Sequence record: NZ_CP118918.1
DNA length: 64,000 nt
Reading direction: 5' to 3' (one strand)
Source: a plasmid
Shown: positions 9,965-18,100 of the stretch, piece after piece
Layout of the letters: the number at the start of each line of letters is the position of its first letter
How positions within the stretch are numbered: position 1 is the first letter of the stretch
Program-made: the position numbers and the translations under genes
Notes under the pieces: generated by a model
Seen by the model: the letters and a program-made list of their open reading frames with translations, nothing else
What the model was told of the DNA's origin: nothing
The model's database searches: none

Positions 9965-10727
9965 GGGCGATGAGCAGGGCTGCTGGCAACAGTGGCGCAC
10001 CGACCGTGACCGCGACGAGCAACGTCGGGTAGCCCAGCAACGGCGCGACCGCAAGGTCCGCAACAAGCTCAGTCGCGTCGTGGACGTCCTTGACGAGCTG
10101 CTCGGCCCCGGTGAGCAGCAGCCCCGTTGCCTCGGTGAGGTCGCGGACTTCTATGGCGTGAGCCAGTACCGGCTCTCAGCGGTGCTTGAGAAGCACCGCG
10201 ACGAGTTCAGCCGAGATGGTTGGCAACCGCATCACCGTGGCCACGACGGGCACGACCTTTGGACTGACCGTGCTGTCGTACGAGCAGGACTGCTACTGGA
10301 AAAGTCCTCTGTAGCAGCCCATCTGCGGCACCTGCTCGGTGTAGGAGATATTCCGCTGGTGTACTCCCAAAGTGATGCCCGCCTGGCTGAATGCCGGCAG
10401 CTCTACAACAAGGCTCTGACGGTCGTTGCTGATATCCACGGCGAGTCCAGCACCGACGATCTGTGGCGAGCAATGCAGGGTGCGGATCGGTACGACCTGA
10501 TGGCGATGGTGATGACCTTGGCCTCCCTGACCCCCTACGACCGTCCCAGCTTGGGGCAGTGGCTACGCGACATCAGCGCCCTCACCACAAAGGACGGCAG
10601 TATCGCTCGCGGTCTGGCGCTGCTGATCCCTCAACGTCAAGCTATCGATGCGCGAAAACTCAAAGAGTCCGGGTCCGCACGATCGCACAGAGCGCGGGCC
10701 GACGACGAAGGAGCGGTGTGCCAATGA
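9951..10727 (+). CDS. Hypothetical protein
   Basis: Reassigned to GTG at 9951. The longer track ORF 9624..10727 overlaps the previous gene. About 258 aa. Its stop overlaps the ATG of the next gene (ATGA at 10724). Confidence 0.4.
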   Translation: MHPGEGDEQGCWQQWRTDRDRDEQRRVAQQRRDRKVRNKLSRVVDVLDELLGPGEQQPRCLGEVADFYGVSQYRLSAVLEKHRDEFSRDGWQPHHRGHDGHDLWTDRAVVRAGLLLEKSSVAAHLRHLLGVGDIPLVYSQSDARLAECRQLYNKALTVVADIHGESSTDDLWRAMQGADRYDLMAMVMTLASLTPYDRPSLGQWLRDISALTTKDGSIARGLALLIPQRQAIDARKLKESGSARSHRARADDEGAVCQ

Positions 10728-11560
10728 GTTCCGCGTCCCACGCTCGCTCACCGATAGCCGAACGGCGTACTCGCGCTGAGCAGACCGAACGGCAGATTGC
10801 CTGCCTGTTACCTCCGCACACCCACTACGTTCAACCACTCTCGGGAACGCTGGAAGTTCTGCTTCACAAGCCGTGCAGCCCGCTAGAGACGGTCAATGAT
10901 GTGGATTCCGAGCTGGTCACGTTCTGGAGGGTCCTACGCGATCGGCCCGACGACCTTGCGCGGGCCTGTTCGTTGACCCCGCACTCGCGGGTGGAGTTCA
11001 CCTCCGCGATTAGCGGTTCCCGACTTCCTCGTGACACCAACGAGGTGGAGGTTGCCCGACGAGTATGGGTCCGGCTCAATCATAGTCAAACTGGTGCTGC
11101 GCGGATGCGTCCGCAATGGCAGAACACCGCAGCGCACCGCAGGACGGCGCCGGGCCATGATACTGCCATTGCTCAGATGACCGAGGTCGCCACCCGAATC
11201 AAGAGGGTGAGCCTGGAATCGGCCGCTCCTGTGGAGCTGATCGACTCGGTTGCGCGCCAACCCGGGGTGTGCATCTACCTCGACCTGCGAACCGAGGTCT
11301 TCGGCGCCCAGGGCGCCAGTCTCATCCATCACGCACGCGTCGACCCGACGCAGGTACTTCGGGCCGCGTCGAAGGCGAAAGCTGCCGTCGTGATCCGCGC
11401 CGAGCGCGATACGGTAGCGCACAGTCCTGTACACAGCTGGGCGTGCACGCCAGTGGGGGAGCACCGGGATAGCGCCACGGTGCACTTGTGGTCAAACCGT
11501 GTGCTGTCGATGCAAGAGCGTCTTTTCGACCTTGGCGACTACGGGTGGGCAGCAACGTGA
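10724..11560 (+). CDS. Degenerate D12-class (Dam-like) N6-adenine methyltransferase homolog, predicted catalytically inactive
   Basis: 278 aa. The D12-class layout is recognisable (HYVQPLSGTLEVL...VNDVDSELVTFWRVLRD). The FxGGK motif is absent. Motif I FxGGG is degraded to PLSGT. The catalytic DPPY is replaced by DLRT (GVCIYLDLRTEVF). Confidence 0.6.
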   Translation: MSSASHARSPIAERRTRAEQTERQIACLLPPHTHYVQPLSGTLEVLLHKPCSPLETVNDVDSELVTFWRVLRDRPDDLARACSLTPHSRVEFTSAISGSRLPRDTNEVEVARRVWVRLNHSQTGAARMRPQWQNTAAHRRTAPGHDTAIAQMTEVATRIKRVSLESAAPVELIDSVARQPGVCIYLDLRTEVFGAQGASLIHHARVDPTQVLRAASKAKAAVVIRAERDTVAHSPVHSWACTPVGEHRDSATVHLWSNRVLSMQERLFDLGDYGWAAT

Positions 11561-11895
11561 CCACAGCCGACACCATCGCTATTCGCGAGCAGCTGGTCGC
11601 GGTGTTGCGGGCCGCCGAAGCACCGATGACTAGCGCCGAGCTGGCCAGCGTTCTACCGTGGCAGACCCACCGTCTCGATGTGGGCTGCGAGCTGGTGTGT
11701 CACGCACCTCGCCGGCCCACGGCGATGCGGGTGGTCGAGTGTCATCGAACCTGGCATCTGGTGAGTCGTCCGCGGTCCTCACAGGACTCGCGCACAGGGA
11801 TATATCGACATCTGAGGAGCTTGGCCCGTGCAGGGACCATCCGATCGATTGCATTGGGGCCGAGAAAAGTTCAGTGGGAGTTCGTAGGTGAATAG
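11557..11895 (+). CDS. Hypothetical small protein, possibly a winged-helix DNA-binding protein
   Basis: GTG start overlapping the previous stop. About 112 aa. No motif recognised with confidence. Confidence 0.35.
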   Translation: MTTADTIAIREQLVAVLRAAEAPMTSAELASVLPWQTHRLDVGCELVCHAPRRPTAMRVVECHRTWHLVSRPRSSQDSRTGIYRHLRSLARAGTIRSIALGPRKVQWEFVGE

Positions 11896-11905
11896 GAGAG
11901 TGACG

Positions 11906-12157
11906 ATGAGCAGGATCACCGTGTACACCAAGCCCAACTGCGTGCAGTGCACCGCGACGTTCAAGGCGCTCGACAAAGCGGGCATCACCTACGCGAAAGT
12001 CGACATCAGCGTCGATGCCGAGGCCCGCGACTACGTGATGGCCCTGGGCTACCTGCAAGCCCCCGTCGTGGTGGCCGGCGATGAGCACTGGAGCGGCTTC
12101 CGACCCGACCGCATCTCCGAAGTCACGGCTCCAGCACTCGCGCAGCTATCCATGTAG
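11906..12157 (+). CDS. nrdH: NrdH-type glutaredoxin-like redoxin, copy 1
   Basis: 83 aa. MSRITVYTKPNCVQCTATFKALDKAGITYAKVDISVDAEARDYVMALGYLQAPVVVAGDEHWSGFRPDRI carries the CVQC active site and the NrdH signature WSGFRPD. RBS GGAGAG upstream. Confidence 0.85.
   Translation: MSRITVYTKPNCVQCTATFKALDKAGITYAKVDISVDAEARDYVMALGYLQAPVVVAGDEHWSGFRPDRISEVTAPALAQLSM
11918..12128. repeat. Left arm of an inverted nrdH repeat pair; the partner lies at 26200-26425
   Basis: About 200 bp with 4 mismatches against the reverse complement of the nrdH copy 2 coding region. Similarity stops at the gene boundaries. Confidence 0.85.
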
Positions 12158-12189
12158 CGGTACAAACACTAGCGGGAGAAGAAGACCTC

Positions 12190-13398
12190 ATGACAGTCGT
12201 GGCGACCCCGTTTCAGGTCGGGGAACACGTGGTAGACGATGTGCATTGCCTTGAGGGACAACAGATTCTCCGAGAGGCCAAAGCAGCGAGATCACGCCCG
12301 CTGTGTTTGTGCCAGCCCGCCGGGGTACAGATGTATATCGCTGCCGCTGGCGACAGCCTCATTGTCAAACGAATGCCCGGCACGGCGGCCGCACATGACC
12401 ATCGGTGCCGGTCGTGGCTGCCTCCCAGCGAGCTATCGGGCTATGGCGCCGTTGCCGACCGGTCGATCGTTGACAACCCTGCCGACGGAACAACCACGCT
12501 GCGACTGGGATTTTCGCTGTCGAAGTCCGGCAATCGTGCCGCTCCAGAGCCTTCCGGATCGCCGGCAAGCGCGGTGCAGTCGGACGGCAACAAGTTATCC
12601 CTACGCGCTGTGCTGCACTATCTCTGGGATGAGGCGGAACTGACGACGTGGCACCCGGGCTTTGCGGGGCGGCGGCCGTGGGGTGTGGTGTACCGCCGGC
12701 TCCGGGATGCCGCCGATGGCAAGCTAGTCCGCAAAAGCCCCTTCGCCGCATCGTTGTTCATCCCGGAGCCCTTCTCGGCCGACTGCAAGGCCGAGATCGA
12801 GCAACGCCGGATTAAGGCTTGGGCTCCAGCGCGTAGACAGCCGGGGAAGCCCACCAAATTCCTGATCGGCGTGGGCGATATCAAGGCGATTGAGCCAGCC
12901 GCCCACGGGTTCAAGATGCAGGTCCGCCACCAGCCGGGCCACCCCTGGTTTCTCGATGAAGACCTGTACCGAAAAATGACCAAGCGCTTCGCCACAGAGC
13001 TGGAACTCTGGCAGATGGCTGATGCAGGTGACGTGCGGTTGGTGGCGGTAGCTACCTTCTCCGTGTCTCGGGCTGGTTACGCCAACGTAGAACAACTCTC
13101 TTTGATGACGACCGATCACAACTGGCTACCCTTCACCAGCGATGCCGAGCGCACCCTGCTGACAACTGCAATCGCAGATGATCGGTGTTTCCGGAAGGTA
13201 TTGCCTTACAACGGGAGTTCCACAGCCTTGGCCTCTTTAATCTTCACCGACACCGCCCCGGCGATAGCCGCATTCATCGATCGCTGTGGAGGCGAGGACG
13301 ACGACGACGACGAATCGATCGCGGGGCTTCCGGTCTGGAACTGGCGTACCGATGAAGATATGCCGGATTTGCCGTCACCTCTCGACGGTTCGGAATGA
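12190..13398 (+). CDS. Hypothetical 402-aa protein translationally coupled to a Dam methyltransferase
   Basis: RBS GGGAGAAGAAG. Conserved Cys/His cluster (CLCQP...HDHRC). Acidic tail (GGEDDDDDES). The stop overlaps the ATG of the Dam fragment (ATGA at 13395-13398). Confidence 0.55.
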   Translation: MTVVATPFQVGEHVVDDVHCLEGQQILREAKAARSRPLCLCQPAGVQMYIAAAGDSLIVKRMPGTAAAHDHRCRSWLPPSELSGYGAVADRSIVDNPADGTTTLRLGFSLSKSGNRAAPEPSGSPASAVQSDGNKLSLRAVLHYLWDEAELTTWHPGFAGRRPWGVVYRRLRDAADGKLVRKSPFAASLFIPEPFSADCKAEIEQRRIKAWAPARRQPGKPTKFLIGVGDIKAIEPAAHGFKMQVRHQPGHPWFLDEDLYRKMTKRFATELELWQMADAGDVRLVAVATFSVSRAGYANVEQLSLMTTDHNWLPFTSDAERTLLTTAIADDRCFRKVLPYNGSSTALASLIFTDTAPAIAAFIDRCGGEDDDDDESIAGLPVWNWRTDEDMPDLPSPLDGSE

Positions 13399-13607
13399 CC
13401 CCTTACCAGGTTGGAACAAACGCATTGTCAGCAACTGCCTTACGTCCGCCGTTCGCCTACTTCGGCGGTAAGCAGAAGATCGCCGTGGACATCGCCGAAC
13501 TGCTAGCAGGCCATAGCCACTACGTGGAACCGTATGCTGGCGGACTCTCAGTATTGCAACTATCAATCACTATGGCCGTCCACTCACCCGAACCTGATGC
13601 CACGTGA
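13395..13607 (+). pseudogene. N-terminal fragment of a canonical D12-class Dam N6-adenine DNA methyltransferase, truncated by an IS21-family insertion
   Basis: The 70-aa ORF carries the D12 signature motifs FAYFGGKQKIA and HYVEPYAGGLSV. Homology stops at about 13566. An istB remnant follows. Confidence 0.6.
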
Positions 13608-13649
13608 ACAGCGTTGCGCCGGACCCCATTGGGCCGTCAAATCAGACAT

Positions 13650-13939
13650 CATTCAACTGACTCTTGAGACAAGAGCTGGGCTACATGGAACTGGATCGCC
13701 GCGGCGCCGAGCTGCTGTTCCAGGTGCTCACCGAACGCGAAGAGAAAGCCTCGGTGGCCATTGCGTCAAACGAAAGCTTCTCCGGGTGGACCAAAACGTT
13801 CACCGACCCACGGTTGTGCGCAGCCATCGTCGACCGACTCACCTTCGGCGGCAACATCATCGAAACCGGCACCGACTCCTTCCGCCTAGCGCACACCCGC
13901 GCCAAGACCAGCAACCAGAACCAGCCAACCGGTGACTGA
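13650..13939 (+). mobile_element. IS21-family IstB helper-ATPase gene remnant, C-terminal about 90 codons only
   Basis: ELGYMELDRRGAELLFQVLTEREEKASVAIASNESFSGWTKTF...DRLTFGGNIIETGTDSFRLAH matches the conserved IstB C-terminus. There is no istA and no N-terminal istB. A GC dip occurs here. Confidence 0.7.
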
Positions 13940-14006
13940 GGATCTGCTCATCAAGCAGATCAGCTGCACCAGCGCTCCTCCGCCATGAGCCTCCACGGAC
14001 CCCTTG

Positions 14007-14423
14007 CTAGGTAACCAGCTCGGCAGCATTTCCGGTTGCTGGCGACGGTTCAGCCTCCCAGACAACGCACATGGGCAGTGTCCCAGTATCGAAGAACTCG
14101 CGAGCCGCTTGAAGCATCACACCGTGGTCGACCAAACACCGAGGAAAGAAGCCGACCGTGGCATCACCGCGGGCGAACTCCACTTCACCGCCGCCGGCAT
14201 CACCATCTCCCACACTGTGAAGCGGCGATTGGGATCGATCGTTGTCGGCAAACAGCAGCAGCCCGCCGCTTTGATGCCCCACCCCCAGCGACAAGGTTCC
14301 CGCCGAGCCAGCCACGCTCACCAACACCGGCGCAGACCCTGATTTCGCCAGTGACTCAAGACGAGACTCCAGCTCTTCAGCATCGTTGACGTGCACTTCC
14401 TGGTCATCCCAACGGAGCAACAT
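14007..14423 (-). CDS. Imm1-family polymorphic-toxin immunity protein with no cognate toxin gene nearby
   Basis: 138 aa. The pattern EEL..L..L...P.LVSV.G..G.LSLGVG...G.LLF.D......PLHSVG........EVEF..G.....FP...V.....L.AAREFF.TG.LP..V.W matches the Imm1 family as I recall it. Confidence 0.6.
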   Translation of the reverse strand: MLLRWDDQEVHVNDAEELESRLESLAKSGSAPVLVSVAGSAGTLSLGVGHQSGGLLLFADNDRSQSPLHSVGDGDAGGGEVEFARGDATVGFFPRCLVDHGVMLQAAREFFDTGTLPMCVVWEAEPSPATGNAAELVT

Positions 14424-14626
14424 TCCTCAATTATCCGTGAACGCGATCAAAGCGCCACCCGCTCCTCGAAGCACACCAACTCGGCGTCAGCTGCCCGGGT
14501 GACTCCCAAATTCGTGAGCACAATCGCCTCCAAGGACACCCTGGCGACTCCGAAATTCGTGATCAAACGACTCCCGAATCAACGATCAAAACCAGCCGCA
14601 ATCAGCGCGGAATAGGGCTTCCGCAC

Positions 14627-15067
14627 ATGTCGTACCCGCAGCGGACGATGGGGTACATGAACGAGAACAACAGCAACCGGTGTGTGATTCGCATTCTGGG
14701 TTTAGTTGACGGGACGCCAACCGATTTCGACGGCCAGTATGTGGTTGAGTACGACCCGAGCAGGACCGGCACGCAGCCAGTGACAGGTAAACCCATGCCG
14801 GTATTCCATCTGGTGACCACCCCCGATATCAGTCAAGCGACGCGGTTCACTCCCGACGAGACGGTCGACCTGTACCGCGCCGTAGACCAACGTAACCCGA
14901 TCCGGGCTGATGGTGAACCGAATCGCCCTCTCACTGCGTTCAGTGTGGAGACCGACACCCTTGCGGCGGCGCTGCCGCCTGCGGGATGGCACGTCGATCC
15001 GCACAATTCGCGCTACTGGCGCTGGTGGGACGGTACGGCCTGGACCAGCCATATCGCGGCGCGATGA
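14627..15067 (+). CDS. Hypothetical protein with a C-terminal DUF2510 motif
   Basis: 146 aa. The C-terminus GWHVDPHNSRYWRWWDGTAWTSH matches the DUF2510 signature, which is common in mycobacterial membrane-associated proteins. Confidence 0.5.
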   Translation: MSYPQRTMGYMNENNSNRCVIRILGLVDGTPTDFDGQYVVEYDPSRTGTQPVTGKPMPVFHLVTTPDISQATRFTPDETVDLYRAVDQRNPIRADGEPNRPLTAFSVETDTLAAALPPAGWHVDPHNSRYWRWWDGTAWTSHIAAR

Positions 15068-15124
15068 TTCGGCAGTAGCGCAGCCGGGGACGTTCACGGC
15101 GTCGAGCTGCGTGTTCACAGGTTC

Positions 15125-18100
15125 CTACCCACCTCGGCTGAATCCCTCGTCACGGTGAGCGGCGTTCCACATGCGGGTGTGGAGATCATGGGCGGTGGTG
15201 TTGCGCTGCTGGGCTTTTCGGTGGCGTTGCAGGGCGGTGGTGATGGCGGGTGTGTGGTGGTCGGGGTGTAGTCCGGCGGCTTGGGTGAGGGCTGCGTTGC
15301 TGTCGGGGCTGGCGTCGAAGTGGTTGATGCGGCCGGTGGCGGCGGTGAGCACTGGCGACCACCGCAGTTCGGTGTGTAGCAGTTTCAGTAGTGGGGCGGC
15401 CGGTGGTGGTGGCCAGGTGGCGGTGTTGGTGTCGAGCAGGATGATCCGGGCGTGGGCGGTTGCCGCGGTCTCGGTGAGGTCGGCGATCGTTTCGGGGGAA
15501 ATGTGTTCGGCGCGGTCGATGACGACGATGGTGCCCGGTGCGCTGTCGTGCAGGTCCAGGGTGGCGGCGTCGATGACTGTGTTGGCGATCGGGGACAGGT
15601 CCGCATTGTCACAGATGGTGGCGGGAGCAGCCCAGATCAGCGGACGCTGCGCGTCGTGGGCGGCGCGTTCAAGGTGTTTCATCATGGGCAGCAGCGCGGC
15701 CCGGTCGGAGGCGTGCGCGGCGGTCAGCACGAACGGTGCATCGGTAAGCCGTCGTAGGCGGTCGGTGTCGATGTCGGGGTGTTCGCTGATCGGCAGTCGC
15801 TCTTGGAAAGCATGTTGACCGGCAGCGTCGAGCACCCGCAGTTCGGTGTCGATGCGGGGCAGCAGCTCGGTGATGTGTTCGGCGGTGCTGCGCTGTGCAC
15901 GCGCGAATGCCTGTGCTGCGGCGAGCTCGGCGCGGTGGAGCTGGTCGCGCAGCGCTGCGCGGTCGGCGCGATGTCGGGCCAGCAGTGTGTCATCGTCGGC
16001 GCGGCATCGGCGCAGCAGTGCGTCGGCGTCGGCGTGGGTGACGATGTGCTCGCTGCCGCCGGCCGCGGCGGCGCGGGCTGCGGTGGCTTCGTCGAATGCG
16101 GGATGGAACTGTTCGGCGGGGCTGGTTGGGGGCAGCTGGTAGCTGGTCAGGAAGTTCAGGTGCTGGGTGGCCGAGGCGATATCGAGGGGGTCGGCGTCTG
16201 GGTCGGCGCGCAGGGTGTCGAGTTCGGTGCGGGCGTGGCCGATGAGTTCGAGGGCTTCGGCGTAGGTGGTTTCGGCGTGATGCCATTGGTCGAGCACGGC
16301 TTCGACGCGTGCCAGGAAAGGCCGGTCGGCGTCGGCCGCGGCGCGCATGCGCCGCAGTTCGTCGGTGGCGGCCAGGACGTGGGGTCCGCCACCGGCGGTC
16401 ACGTGGGCGGCCAAGGCGCGTACCTGGGCGTCGGCGGCGGCGTAGCGGTCGCGCAGCGCGTGGACGTCGGCGCGGTGGGCGGCCAGCGCGGCGGCGGGGC
16501 TGGGCCGCACGGTGCTCAGGCTGTCGAAGTCGATCCCTGTATCGGGGGTGAAGTAGTCGTCGGCGTGCTCGGGTGGGGGCAGTTGATCGTCGGGGGCGGT
16601 GGGCTCGGTGAGGTCGTAGTCGTCTAGTCCGAGTGCGGCGGCAAGGTTGTTGGGGTCGGCCAACACGTCGTCGTGAGCGTGCTGGCGCCCCGGTGGTGTG
16701 TTCTCGATGTCGGGGTGCAGATGGGCGAGTTCTTCGTGTTCCTCCGGTGTCAGGGGCGCGGTGTCGGGCAGGGGAATGTCGTGGTCATAGGGGTCGGCGG
16801 TGGTGAACACCTCGATCGAGTAGGTGAGCAGTCGGGCGTACTCGTCGGGCCGTAAATGGTGGGTCAGGTGGGCGTCGGCGTCATAGAGATGTTCGGCGGC
16901 CACATGCAGCAGATCGCGCGGTGTCCACTGGTCGGGGTCGGCGTTGCCGATCGCGGACACCAGTGCGGGGAAGGCGGGATCGGCGGCGATGGTTTCGGCC
17001 AGTTCGGTGCCGAACACGGTGTGCAGATCGGGTAGCCAGTCCGGGCGCAGCCCACCGTTGGCGGTCTCCAACACCGCTGGTGTGAGGGTGCCGCACAGTC
17101 GCCACCACAATGCGGCGGCGGGCAGTTCGTCGGGCAGCGGGCGCTCAGCGGCGACGGTGCGTACGAGTTGGGTGATGTTGACTCCGGTGCGCGCGGCCGC
17201 GGCCAGGTGGTGGGCCAGCTGCGGCCAGTAGGGGTCGTGGCGGATGTGCGGGTTGATGGAGTCGATGAGGGTGTCGTAGCGGTTGGTGGTGGCATCAGCG
17301 CCGATGAGTTCGGCGGCGCGTTGTTCGAGTCCGCGTTGGGCGGCGCGGGTGCGGGCGGGGTATTGCTCGGCGCCGGCGATGCGGGTGTCGTTGTCCTCGA
17401 CGGCGGTTGCGGCGCGATACACGGCCAGCTCGGCAGCCAGTTCAAGGTCTGTGCCGACCAGCGGTCGTGCCCATCGCGGCGCGGTCGCTGCGCTCCACTG
17501 GCGTGCGGTGGCGGTGACCTCGGCGGCCAGGTCGGTGACCCGCTGTGCGCGGGCGGCCAGGTAGGTGTGCCACTGCGGGTCGGCGGCCAGACGTTCGGGG
17601 ATGGCGGGCAGCCAGGGCAGTGGGCCGGCGCCACCGGAGTGTGCACCGGTCGGATCGAGGCGCCAGTCGATGACCGCGGCTGGGTCGGCGGCGTTGTCGA
17701 ATCCGCCGGAGGCGACCACTTTGTCGAGCCGTTTGAGGGGGTGGATGCCGGCGGCGGCGATCAACGCGAGGTGCTGGCGTAGCACCGGCCAGGCGGTAGC
17801 GGTGGTCAGTCCGGGCACGAGTTTCTCGGCGTGGGAATCCAGCTCGGCGTGCTGGGCGGGGCTCAGGCGTGATTCGGCGGCGGTGCCGACGGCGTGGGCG
17901 TACATCTGGGTGGCGGCGGCCAGGCGGGCAGCCGGGTCGGTGGCGGCGCGGGCCGCACTGGTGGCCGAGACTTGCGCAGCATCGCGGGCCAGGGCACGGG
18001 TCAATACGTCCACGGCGGTGTCGGGGTGGGTGGCTTTCGGCGACAGCACGCGGTGGGGGTCGTGCTCGGCGGTGGAGAAGTAGATGTGGTTGCCGTGCAC

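Noticed and set aside
9624-10727. The 367-aa track ORF
   Set aside because: Its 5' third overlaps the ASCH-like gene in another frame. A GTG at 9951 immediately after the upstream stop gives a non-overlapping gene.
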